The position numbers and the translations under genes were made by a program. Positions 14,001 to 27,700 of a stretch of 64,000 nt of DNA are shown one piece after another; within the stretch, counting starts at the first letter, position 1; each line of letters opens with the position of its first letter. The DNA lies in NCBI GenBank assembly GCA_964016885.1, contig OZ024740.1, positions 390,042,001-390,106,000 of the forward strand. Direction: 5' to 3'. The DNA comes from Eledone cirrhosa (Eukaryota). Below the pieces are notes generated by a model. That model saw nothing but the letters and a program-made list of their open reading frames with translations. It was not told the DNA's origin and did not search any database.

Positions 14001-17000
14001 GTTTTTTTTTAGGATTGGCTGCTTTGGCTAAAGTCATCATTGCTATGGAAGATGGTATGATTCCTTCAAACTTACATTATAAAGAACCAAATCCCGATAT
14101 TCCAGGCTTGCTTGATGGTCGGCTGAAAGTGGTCACACAAAGAACGCGGTGGAACGGGGGATATGTTGGAATCAATTCTTTTGGTTTTGGTGGCTCAAAT
14201 GTTCATGCTTTATTGCGTTCATACCCAACTGAAAAGCCTGTTCCACATCCTGCCTCTGACATGGCAAGATTGGTAACATTTGCCGGACGTACTGAACAGG
14301 CTATATTTGATGCTATTGAAATTGTCAAAGAAAGAAAGCATGATGTTGATTTCCAATCCCTTCTGCAAGAAACAATTTTACTCTCCACAAATAATAAACC
14401 ATATCGAGGATATACCTTTCTTAATATGGAAGGTGCTGAAATACACGTTGAGGTTAGAACAATTATATCAGCATATTTTGGGGATTGCATTGTATGTGTA
14501 TATGTTCTTTTTATTGTTGTTTTATGTGAGTATAGCAGAAGTTAAGTTTTAATGAACTGAATCTATGATTCAATACACTTCATCGCCATTGCTCAAATGT
14601 CATGATATTCCCTAATGCTTAGCTATAAATTAAGGTATTATATAATACATTGTAGTGATTCTTGACCATTTGGTTAAGGACCATAGGCATACAAACAAGA
14701 TGGGGCTTTATTTTATAGACCACAGTAAATAACTATATTCAGATAATAAAGTATTCCAATTCAACAATAAAATCAATCCACTTTGGAACATCTTGTGTAT
14801 TTCAATGGTGAAAAGTCACTGTTGCCATACATACATCATTTCATACTTATCTTCCTCCTTTCCCCTGCATAGTAGAAAAGGCTCTTCAATTGGGACAATA
14901 ACCAACAACTTCTCTAGTGTTGGTGCTATAAAAAATGCATCCAGTACATCATGAGTGATAAGAAAAGAGCCCTGCTGTAGAAACCATGCCAAAAGGGTTG
15001 GGAGGACCCTTCAGTTGTCAAGGATATGACAGTCTGCCAAGTGTTGGTGAATTATGCAATAAATGCAGGGATTTACCAACATTATTATTTAATTAAGTGG
15101 TGGATTGGCAGTATCGGTAGAGGGTCGGACGCCATGCTTTCCAGCATAGTTATGTCCCTTTACGACCTGAGTTCAAATCCCGCCGAGGTTGACTTTGCCT
15201 TTCATCCTTACGGGGTTGATAAAATAAAGTACCAGTAATGCACTGGGTAATTACTGGCCTTGTGCCTAAAGTAGAAACAATTATTTAATTAAGAGGGCGG
15301 TGGATTGGCAGTATCGGTAGAGTCGGACGCCATGCTTTGATGCATAGTTACGGCCCTTATCAATTCTGAGTTCAAATCCCGCCGAGGTTAACTTTGCCTT
15401 TCATCCTTACAGGGTCAATAAAATAAAGTACCAGTAATGTACTGGGTAATTGCTGCCAAAAGTAGAAGCAATTATTATTTAATTAAGTTGGTATTGTAAG
15501 AATTACATAACTTAACAAAAAGTAAAAAATATATGATGGAAGGTTTTAACTTAGATGGGAACCATTTAAAATGGATAGTTTTGTTTCCCAGAACCAAAGG
15601 CTGTTTTGTGTGGGCTGGTAGCAAAAAGGTTAAAATAAACAGCATTGTGTCATAGAGCCAGGGGTGGTGTTCTGGAACTAGGTTTTGGAAGAGTTAAACA
15701 CATATTCTATTTAATTATATTTCGGAATTTTCAGTCATTTGAAAATGTTTGCAAGTATGAATTTCAATAATAATGTTTATAATTTTTCTTAATTACACTA
15801 TAGTAACTTTTGCATTGTATTTGGTATAGGCCAAGTCTAATCAAATTTTGTCAGTTCTATTATACATTTCTCCTCTAGTAGATCCTCACTCAATATTACA
15901 CAAATTAAAAAAAACTTTTTTATTTTATTAGAAATGTCCTCCTGAAACTCGACCCATTTGGTATGTATTTGCTGGCATGGGTTCTCAATGGCCTGGAATG
16001 GGAAAAAGTCTTATGAAGCTCGATGTCTTCTATAGTTCTATTATGAAGTCTGATGCTGTGATTTCACCGCTTGGTATCAAATTGAGTCAAATTCTACTTG
16101 AAGGAGATGAAAATATATTTACCAATGCCCTATATTCTTTTGTGGGAATTGCTGCTATCCAGGTAATTTGAAATTAAATTATTTTAACTTATCTAACAGC
16201 CATCAGATGCATCTATTTTTGTTTTCATTAATTACTGGAACTATTTTATAAACTTGGAATTTAATTTAAAAAATAAATAAAAATTAACTTCAAGGTATTT
16301 TAAACTTTTAATTTTTTTGTACTTATTTCACATGTTTTCCATGGACATAGTGAAGGCATGTGGTCAAGTGGTAAGGGTGTTGGACTTATGATTGTAATGT
16401 CATGGGTTCAATTCCTGGGCTGGGTTGCTTGTTGTGTTCTTGAGCAAAACACTTCATTTCACATTGCTCCAGAATACTCAGCTGAAAATGAGTACCAGCA
16501 ACAGATAGGGTTTAACCCTGTGATAAACTGGTATCCTGTCCATATGAGAGTCTTGTACTTTGTCGCTTCACGCCATGAAACTGGGATAAGCACCAGCTCA
16601 ATGTGTTGCTTGCAGCACATGAGGGCATGCCATGGACATAAAATGATGAAAAATTGATGACTCCTTGTCTTGAATTCAAATCTTACCATCGCGGCCAACT
16701 TTGCCTCATATTCTTCTAATTTCAGACATATGACTTTACTCGGGCAAATTTGTGAGCTTATATCAAAGTGTGAAATCAATTTTTAAGGGAAATAAAAAAA
16801 TTTGAAAAATTAAAACCTTTTAATTTCCAAATAGTTATAGGTTTTTTTTTTTTTTATATTTTGAAAAAGAAAATAACTGCCTAATACTTTTTTATGGCTA
16901 ATTTTTAGATTGCACTGGTTGATCTTTTGTGTGCTATGGGAATAAAACCTGATGGCATTATTGGTCATTCTGTTGGAGAACTTGGTTGTGGTTATGCTGA

Positions 17001-18753
17001 TGGATCATTGACTGCTGAAGAAACAATTTTGGCTGCTTATTGGCGGGGCAGATGTATTTTAGATGGTGGATTACCTCATGGTAAAATGGCAGCTGTTGGT
17101 GAGTTTTTTCATATTTTGTACTGTATTTTATTCTTTAGGCAGAAGTAGGAGTGCCAAGAATAAATGCTTCTTCAATATTTGATCTTATTGAAGCCAGTGC
17201 TTATCCTAGGGTGGGAGATTGGCATAAAGAAATGTAAAGAAACCCCAGTAGCTGGGACCAGTGGAAGAAGCAGACCTGGAAAGACATGGGATAAGGTTGT
17301 AAGGACTGACCTTAGAAAGCTAAACCTTACAACAGAAATGACTAAAGACTGCGAGGGCTGATGCTATGCTACGCTGAAGAAGTCCTGTCACTAGCACTCC
17401 CTAACACTTATTTTCAACTTCATTACTTCAACCCCACCATACCTGCATTCCTGGCAGCTTCCCCTTCCTGTAAAGTGGTTGGTGATAGGGCTTCCAGCCA
17501 TGGAAAGCTAACCAAGCAAACAATAAAGGGGAGGACCCTTTAGCTGTGTCATGGACATGACAGCCTCTTTAGCGTTGGTGGCCTACACGATAAACGCAGC
17601 CAGTACATGCAGTAAAGTGATTGGTGATAGGAAAGGCATCCAGCTGTAGAAATCTTGCCAAACAAAGGGTAAGGAGGCCTCTCAGTTGTGTCAAACCTTT
17701 CCTGAGCACTTTATGGAACGTGAGACCATACATAAGCGAGACACAGATCCCTGGCTTGCTTCAGAGAGCAGTGCCTCGGCTTCAGTACAGACTTGGTCTT
17801 TATAGACCCGTCCTACCCTTACTAGCAGGGAAAGCGGATGTTAAAACTACAATGATGTGTGTGTGTGTGTATATATAATTATATATGTGCCTCTGTGTGT
17901 GTGTGTATATATATTTTTTCCTAAGCATTTTCTTAAATACCATTCCTTATATTGCCTGTTCTTTAATTTCCTTTTTATCTTCTACTTCCTAAGGTTTGAC
18001 TTGGAAAGAAGCAAAGGAAATGTGCCCTGAAGGAATAGTTCCAGCTTGTCACAATGCTGAGGATTCTGTTACAATTTCTGGTGCTGCTGACTTAATTACC
18101 GAATTTATATCAGAACTAAAAGCCAAAGACATCTTTGCAAAGGAAGTGCAGAGCTCTTCTGTGGCCTTCCATTCATATTATATGAAGCAAATAGCTCCTG
18201 CATTACAAGCAGCTTTAGATGTAGTAAGTTATATTGCATTTTTTGTCTTTTATTAAAATTATAGTTGTGCAAATTATACCTAAGTTTTTAATTTGACTTT
18301 GTCTTGAGTATTGGCTGGGACTGTAGACAGTTAAGAATGAGTTCACACAAATGTTCAGTCAAATACAGGGTTTTCTCTTGTGTACCATTCATTATATCTG
18401 ATTACATACTGGTTCCCTCTCAGCTTTACATTGTATTTACTTTTGCCAATCTCTTCTGTTTAAACTCTTCTTCCTCCCATTCAAATTCTTTCTCCTCTCA
18501 ATACAAGTCAGTGAATTTAAGTAACTACACTAAGACTTCCACAATCATGTGCCATGCCTTGGGGTAAGGCAAAATAGTTCTTTTTACTTGAAACCATATA
18601 ATTGAAAATAGCTGCCACTTTCACTGCACAAATCAATGACTACTGTTTAGAAATGGTGATGATAATCTGCTCTAAAAACATTTATTCCAAAAGTCGTTTA
18701 AATGTCATAATATGCTGCTCTGGAAATTGGATGTTTAACAGAATACTGGGTTG

Positions 18754-18785
<32 letters not shown>

Positions 18786-21700
18786 TGTAAAGGAGCTTTT
18801 CATGCTTAAATACTCCTGCATCGAAAGTCACCATTTTAACAGGATGGTTTTAAGAGTAGACGTATCACCACAAAGAATTGAGGTTTGGCTGCAGCTGTGA
18901 TAATACTCCTGGAAGGAATCCTTCCATATCACATTTAAGAGCATTGCTGTGGTAACAGCATACAAGACTCTACAATGTCTTTTTGTTAGTCATATCGACA
19001 ACGAGTAACATGATAATAATGTCAACAAGAAGAATGTTCGTGAGATGAAATGTATATTTATTTGCTGTAGTGAGAAAGAGACAAAGTTAATCACTAAGTA
19101 AATGCTTGTTGAATTGGATAGTTAAGGTTAACAATATAAAAGTTATAAAAGGAATGTGGCATTGTGCCAGGCCCGAGGCAGGCTGGCAGGCCAAAGTGCA
19201 AATCTCACCGTTACATATTGTTTGTGTTGGCCCTTCGGCGCTCAAGCAACAAGAGACCAAGTGGTCTTTACATTAGCATCTTCAGGATGTAAAAGAGAGA
19301 TTTCTCAAATCAACGCGAGAATTTTTCCCTCAGGGCGTGAAGGGATACATTCTCTTCTACTGGCGCTGAGCTGAGCCAAATCACGCACAGAGAATGTATG
19401 TGAGCCCGCGGAATGTAGGTAAAACACTTAAATTTTCTTTTTCTTTTGGTAACTTGAAGGGAGGGCAGTGCTTATGATCTTTTTACAGAGTTTCTGAGGG
19501 TGGTTGGGGAAAGAAAGAAGTGATGGTTCATGGGTTGCTGTAGTAAGAAGTAGCTAGAGATATCTTGAAATTGGAGACTTGGATAGAATGCTTGTAACAG
19601 TGGATTCAGCTAAAGGCCCCAAAGGCCAGTTAGTTGTTAAAGTGAGCGATGTATTAATACTGCTGCCCAAGGTTGTTAAGCATGGTAACAGATTAAGTCT
19701 ATCACAGGCATACCTATATTTAGCTAAATAAGCAACTTTTGATAATAAAAATGACCTTAGAATTGTAAAGAATGGCTGTGTGGTTAGGAAGTTTGGTTTG
19801 CAACCAAATGCTCTTGGGTTCTATTTCTATTGCATTGAAACTTGGGCAAATGTCTTCTGCCATAACCATGGTGAATGAATTTGGTAATGGAAACTATAAT
19901 GAAGCCAATCATGAGTGTATTTGTTTGTCTCTCTTCACATTTGACATTACAGGTGGTGATATTTATGTTCCACATAGATAAAGCTTGGTGTCAGGAAGGA
20001 AGAGCCCCAGTCAAAGAATTGTCCAGCATGGAAAAACTATGTTGTATAAAAATCATTGATGGATTTAATACATCTTTTTTCTTTGTAATCTTAACAAAAC
20101 TTTAGTGATAAATTTAGGAAATTGTTATTGTCTATGTTGGTTTAATGTATCAAACTAGCTACCAAGAATGTTTTATATATGCAAATTGCTTTATCCAATT
20201 TACTTAGTCACTGCTTATAAAGCTGCTGAAGGTTTGTGGACATTTAAAGAAGGTACTCAGTCACTGATGGAAACTCAATATAAAAATTGAAACCAATCTA
20301 GATGATCCCTCTCTTTCTCTTTAGGAGGATCATTTATATAAAGATAGGGTGTTTACATCTGTCTATACATAGTGTCACCTGAAAATCTGTTGATACATTC
20401 TGTAGGACAGTATAGCATATTTTTAAGGCATCATCATCATCTTCGTTTAACGTCCATCTTCCTCGTTAGCATGGAAAATTATGAAAATTACTATGCTTAC
20501 TATCTGGATGACAGTTTTATCAAACTGTATTGTTTCCTATTTAGAAACTTAAGAAGCTTTACAGATTAAAATGTTATTCTCTGAAGATAGATATGTCATT
20601 AAGTACTTTATTCAGTCATTCAAATATTTTTATCATTAGAAGTATCATAGAGATAAGTGAATTTTGATTAGAAAAAATATTTTCCCTTGTTTTTAAAGAT
20701 TTAAGGAGTAGCTATTATGTCAATGTACCTTGGGTTATGAGCTCAGACTTTACTACAACAATGAAATTGTTTTTTGTTGTTTAGCCTTAAGACATCTCTG
20801 AAAAACAGACCTATAAGGTGCTTCAGGTCTGACTATCTTGTCTTTTTTGTATAATAGATTTCATGCAAGTTTGTGCATTTGAGTCCATCCCCTCTCGGTC
20901 TACTACTTCTGCTTTTACCCACACGTGTCTGCTTTCACCTAAATCCAAGAAAACTTGTTCTTTCTGTTTGTGTGTTATATTTTCATAAATGTTCTATATA
21001 TTTTGTATCGAGGCTTTGTATATTCTGTAGATAACATGCATACTAGTTTTTACATTGTATTTTTGTGGAAAAAGGTATTACAAGTACATAGAGTAATTTA
21101 AATATTTATTATATTTTTGTGATTTTAGATTATTGTACCCAAGTTACGTACTTCCCGATGGATTAGTACCTCAATTCCAGCTGAAAAGTGGGATACACAA
21201 CTCGCAAAATTCTCTTCAGCCAGCTATCATGTCAACAATCTTTTGAGTCCAGTTCTCTTCCAAGAAGCTCTCCAGCATGTTCCCAGCAATGCGATTGTTA
21301 TTGAAATAGCTCCACATAGCCTTTTACAGGCAATTCTTAAAAGAACATTGAGCCCAAAGTGTGTCTTGGTTGGCTTGATGAAAAGGAAGCATCCCAACAA
21401 CTTGGAGTTTTTTTATTCAATGCTTGGAAAGTAAGATTTTTACAATTGTAATATTTATTGTGAAAATACAATAGTATATACAGAGTAATGTAAATGCTTA
21501 AGGGTTAACCCTGTAGCATTTACATTACTCTATATTTACTATTGTATTTTCATGATAAATACTTTATTTTACATATCGAATCTGAGATTGAGATTTATTT
21601 TAAGATTTCACATAATATTGAATCTGAGATTTTGATATTTATTTTGAGAATAATACCTTAATATAAGTATGAGCAGCCGGTTTGAACAGAAAGAGGTGAG

Positions 21701-24700
21701 AGAATTCTGGCTGGATATGGCCGGTTTAAATGCTAAAGAGTTGAATCATTAAATTACTTTCTTAATGTTTTATCTTTTCTTACTTTCAGTTGGTCTATTT
21801 CCCATGTTTTCAGAGAGAGGTGTGTGCATGTGCATGAGTGTGTGTGTTTCAGCACTACAATATTAATAAATAATATGGGTTATACATAGCTGTGGTTGCT
21901 TACCATTACATAAAAATAATGGCTATATCAACTTATGAGCTTATTCAGAAGTAGGTGAATGGGCTGTTGAGAGTTCAATATCTTGATCATAGACACCAGT
22001 GTAGTGACAGTGATTTCGTAGGATTTCAATCATCTATGTTGGTTGTCTGCTATTCTCTTCATTTAGCTATCTATAATGTTGAATGATATATATGCATACA
22101 TGATTTGTCTATAGATTAACATTGAATTTCTGAAGCTATAATTGTAATAATACCCTTTTAAACTGTCACAGTCTGTAGAAAGTTCTATCCCTGTTTAGTG
22201 ATTCAGTGATATATTTAGTGTTTGAAAGCTATATTAATGGAGTGAAACTCAACAAAACTGAACATTTTTTATAACACATCTAATGCATCACAAATGGAGG
22301 TTTAGATAAGCAGTCCAATTTAAACTCTTTAATACAAGTATCTAATAGCAAGTAAAATTTAACTCAAATATTACCGACATGAGGAGAATAAAATGGGAGA
22401 AAGACAGTCTCCCCCACATCGACCCAATAGAGGGACCAGCAGTGTTAGTCGAGGGTAGTATAATAAGTAAGGCAATCAAGGATATGAAGACGGGTAAGGC
22501 GGCTGGGCCTTCGGAAATAGTTGCTGAGATGCTGAAGGCATCTGGCACGGTGGGACACACCATGGTCACCCGGATAGTTAACCAAGTCGTACAGAATGGG
22601 GTTGTTCCGAAGGACTGGCATAGCAGCATCATCGTTAACTGTTATAAGGGTAAAGGAGATGCCCTAGATAGGAGTAACTATAGAGGCATTAAATTAATCG
22701 ACCAGGTCATGAAGGTCACGGAAAAAGTAATAGCGCAACTAATCAGAGAGAGAATTGACCTAGATGAAATGCAGTTCGGGTTTGTGTCAGGCAAAAGTAC
22801 CACAGACGCTCTTTTCATTGTACGACAACTACAGGAGAAGTACCTAGCTAAAAGTAAACCCCTCTACTTAGCTTTTGTCGACTTGGAGAAAGCCTTCGAC
22901 AGAGTCCCCCGTTCCATTATATGGTGGGCCCTTAAAAAACTAGGTGTCGACGAATGGCTTGTGAGAGCTATACAAGCCATGTATAAAGAAACAGTCAGCA
23001 AGGTTAGAATTAACAACGAATATAGTGAAGAGTTTAGCGTAAAAGTTGGCGTCCATCAGGGCTCTGTTCTCAGCCCCCTACTATTTATTATTGCCCTTCA
23101 GGCTATAACAGAGGAGTTCAAGACCAGCTGCCCATGGGAACTCCTATACGCAGACGACCTAACACTCATAGCTGAATCAATGGCCGAGCTAGAGAAGAAA
23201 TTCCAAACATGGAAGCGCGGCCTAGAATCAAAAGGCCTTAAAATTAATCTGGCTAAGACCAAAGTTCTAGTTTGTAGGAAAGAAAATAAGGCGGCGGTCC
23301 CTTCCGGGAAGTGGCCATGCTCAGTGTGTAGGAAAGACGTAGGTAGAAACTCCATTTTGTGTCAGAAATGCAAAGTATGGGTGCATAAAAGATGTAGTGG
23401 GATCACAGGTAAGCTAACTAAGAACATAGATTTCACATGTGGCCGGTGCTCTGGTGCAATAAGTAGCAGCAAGTGCCCACAAAATACTAGCTCTTTCAAC
23501 TGCGCAGAGGGCTCTATAGAAATAGTGGACAGCTTCCGTTACCTGGGTGACAAAATCAGCAGTGGGGGAGGGTGCTCTGAAAGTACAGTAGCTAGAGTCA
23601 GAACTGGATGGAAAAAGTTCAGAGAGCTTATACCACTATTAGCCGCTAAAGGGTTCTCCCTAAAAACGAAAGGCAGGTTGTATGATGCCTGCATACGAAC
23701 AGCAATGTTGCATGGCAGTGAGACCTGGGCATTGTGTGCAGAGGATATACGCAGACTAGAGAGGAACGAAGCTTGCATGCTCCGCTGGATGTGTAATAGT
23801 AATATACGTGAACGGCAAAGCATAAACGAACTAAGGAAAAAATTAGAAATAAGAGGGATCAGATGTTGTTTACTCGAGAGAAGGCTACGTTGGTATGGAC
23901 ACGTGATGCGCATGAAAGTCGATAGCTGTATAACAAAGTGCAGGGCAATAAAGATAGACGGTAGCCACGGAATAGGCAGACCTAGAAAAACCTGGGACGA
24001 GCTGATAAACTCCGACCTCACACACTTACACCTCTCCAAGACAATGTCACTGGACCGAGACCTTTGGCGGTACTCAGTAATAGAGAAGACCCGCCTTACC
24101 TAAATACATAGTAAAACCTACTACAGCCAGTAGGCATCTCTAACAAAATACACCCCGTCCCACCACCCCCACCCCATCCACACCACCCCCTTCTATGTAA
24201 AGTTAAGTTGGTGCCACGCCATCCAGGCCGAAACAAATGAGATCGTGTAGGTGTCACGACAAAAAAAACACACAGTCCACGCTGTAATGTGGCCGTGTAG
24301 GCAACACGGTAAAAACCTCCCAGACCCACTGTAAATGTGGTTGGTGTTAGGAAGGGCATCAAACTGTAGAAAACCTGCCAGACAGTCCTATGCGAGCAAG
24401 ACAATCACTCTTGCCTCAAGTGGGAAAACCCCTGTCCAAACCCATGCAAGCGTGGAACACGGACGTTAAACGTTGATGATGATGATGATTAGTGGTTAAC
24501 AACAACACAAATAGCATGAAGAAAAACAGTCTTGCATGGTAGACTTAATGATTTGCCTGGTTTAATAACACTAGCTGGTGCTTGGGTGTTTTTAGCAGAT
24601 TCAACTCTGTTGTAAACATTTGACCTTGGACTTCTGTGTAAGGATGCCTTCCTTCCTTCCTTCCTCCCTCCCACCCACCTGTCAGTTTTGAAGGCCCTGA

Positions 24701-27700
24701 CAAGGGCCATGGGCACTCCCCTTCCCACCCTGACTAAACAGTAAGAAGAAAGTGTTAAGCTAGTAGAATGTTCATTAAGAATATATTTGCCGAGTTCATT
24801 TGTTTTCCTTTGTAAAGTCTTATCTTCATTAGCTAAGTTTACTGATCATGAAAAATACATAGATTATCCAGCTACCATAAACCTTGATTTATAATTATTT
24901 TTCTTCCCTGATCCACTTACTTAGATAAAAGAATTTTGTTGTAATAAATTTACTCTTGTCTATAAATGACTGTAATTTTTTAACATACTTAAATTTATTA
25001 CATGTTGAACTCAAACGATAACATTTTACTGATGCAGTGTTAATGTTCTAACAGTAGATTTAAATGAAATTATAGAAAAGTAGGCATTAAAATGAAAGCA
25101 CAACAAAAAGAGAAAATTTATTTTCTCCAGAATTTGTTGCTCAGAATCTAAATACCTTATCAGGACAGAATAAAAGATAAATGTTGATGAGTTTCATTTT
25201 AAACAAATTCCTCTGTTTTTCTTTTTGATAGATGCTTCATGGCAGGGATGAACTTTAACCCACTGAAAGTATATTCACCAGTCTCCTATCCAGTTTCAAG
25301 AGGGACAGGCATGCTTAATTCCATTTTCAAATGGGATCATAGTGAATCATGGGATGTCCCCACCATTGAACAGTTTCTATCTTCTGGTTCTGGTAAAGAA
25401 AACTGCTGTGTGATAGAATGTGATATATCTTCTGAAGAGGCTAAAGATTACTACCTTGTAGGACATGTAATTGATGGCAGAGTGCTGTTTCCAGCTACAG
25501 GCTATCTGGTGCTGGCTTGGAGAGCTTTTGCCAAAATGTTAGCAGCTTTTTATGAGCAACTTCCTGTCCAGTTTGAAAATGTTACCATTCACCGTGCTAC
25601 TATTTTACCTAAGACAGGTAAATTCTTTTCTTCTTTTTTTTTACCTGCTCATTAGCATTCTCATGAGTATTTTACCTGGTTATATTTGAGAGTTGTTACA
25701 AATAACTGGCTAAATATTATATTGTCTTTTTTTACGAACTAGAAAGTTCAAGAGTTGGGGATCAATGTTATGTTTGTATAAATTGAAGACTGTTACTAGC
25801 AAGAAATTTTGACTAATTAAATATTTAAGTTCTAAATATTAACAAATGCCACCACTTTAGTATTGTGTACTGAGCATTAGTTTAGTTTACTTTTATAATC
25901 TGTGATAATGGTTGTCAAGCTAGTGAACAGAATGAAGAAAAAAAACTAACTAAAAATATGGAAATACAAAAAATATTACAATTGATCATGATGTGATTGA
26001 AATATATTAGAAGAGATAAAGGTTGCAAAAGCATTATTTAGTTTTGTTATTGGTAGGATTGATACTAAATGCCTGAAGTGAAATTTCTTCTGGTTGATAA
26101 CCAAGTTACAAAACGATCTGGTTAAGTTAGCAGTAACTGGTTCCAAAATAATAATTATTCCCACAACTTTACATTATCATGTAGGTGGCTACAATCTGCC
26201 ATGTATAAATGTACTTTTTAAAAAATTCATATTTATTTATTTTTTAAAGGCAAACTGAAGTTTGAAGTCAGCATCATGCAAATAACTGGAGATTTTGAAA
26301 TTGTTGAAAGTAGCAGTCTTGTTGCTAGTGGCAGAATTAAAGCTGTCCAAGACATTCGCCATGACTTAAAAAGTAATAAAAATGCTGATTTACTTGATGT
26401 TCCTGAAGATCTTAACAAATTAGAAGTTTACAGAGTACTACATCTTCGAGGATATGACTATGGACCCACATTCCAAGGAATTCTTAAAACAAACACTTTT
26501 GGTATGGTGAATTTTTTTGCAATAGTTTAAGTGTTTCGAGTTACATAGCATATGCAGTAAATTTGTAAATCCTGATCAAATAATAAAAACCTTTTGAATC
26601 TTAATTGGTTATAAAAAAATAGTATTATCACTTGTATGAAATTGTCTTACAATTAGTTGATTGTTACTATTCTGAGTATGTAATATAGCTGAAATCAATG
26701 TTTATTTAAATATAAATGATTTATCCTTGGCTGGCATAAGTTAGCACCTACTAGCTTGTTTTACACAATCTCATAATTTTGTGTATACTTTTTTGTTGAA
26801 TAAAGCTTTGTCAATGTACTAAAATTTCATAAAGTATTGTAACCATTTTAGAATTAAGCACAATATCATGAATTTATTGAAATGATAGGTGACTTGAAAT
26901 TTAAACGCAGAAAACAACTTATTTAGCATTTGACTGTTATAAATAATAGCTTAGAAAATCGAGTAAAATGCCTCTAGAGATAGAAAAAAGTGACCAGTAG
27001 CTGCTTAGAATTAGGAACTTTTTACTGATATAAGATTAGCCATTCTCTCTCCTTACTAGCTGCTTCAATTCTACCTCATTGGGTGTTCTGATGTAGGTTT
27101 TGTATCTTCCACTCATTTCATATAACTAGTGAAAATGTGACTATTTTTATGTTATTGAGCATACTTCATAACTTTTGCTTGAACTGATACTAAGATAAAT
27201 AATTGATAGGTTATAAGCAATCTTTAGTCATTGCACTTAGAAATGTTAGTGTAAGACAATACTGTACAACTGAGTAACAATGGTGCTCTAAATAGTTATA
27301 CAGCTTATGGTAACAGCCATATTTCCCTAAGCTTGCTGTCTTTAAAATAGTAACTACATATTTAAATTTCATAAAAAAAAACAAACCAAGTTGAGTGAAA
27401 TTGGCTATTAAAATGGTCTAGAAAGGCAATGTAGTGTTGGAGACAATATACAAACTACTGATTTCTTGGCTGTTCAGTATTATATCGATTTAGGTCATCC
27501 ACAGCTCTTTGTTCACAAACAATCTATTTGAGAAAGACTTAAGATCTTGTGCCTGTGTAAGAATTTATTTTTCACTTTAACTTCGAAATTATTGCCTATT
27601 TTATTAAATGTTCTTTGATAAATTTGACAGATTCTTGGTGTTTAAAGAAATTTAAATCAAAATATATTTGCAATGGTAAACATGTTTAGAAGCTGCAACA

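Noticed and set aside
15098-16420. tRNA genes
   Set aside because: A/B boxes run into SINE cores and no full cloverleaf is evident.
18786-19440. Distinct-looking segment following a (TA)n tract
   Set aside because: No TIR, LTR, tail or protein motif could be recognised; left unannotated.
23539-24039. Recurrent 166-aa antisense ORF in RTE copies (also 49098, 58297, 8353)
   Set aside because: Shadow of the sense ORF, repeated because the copies are homologous; no recognisable motif.
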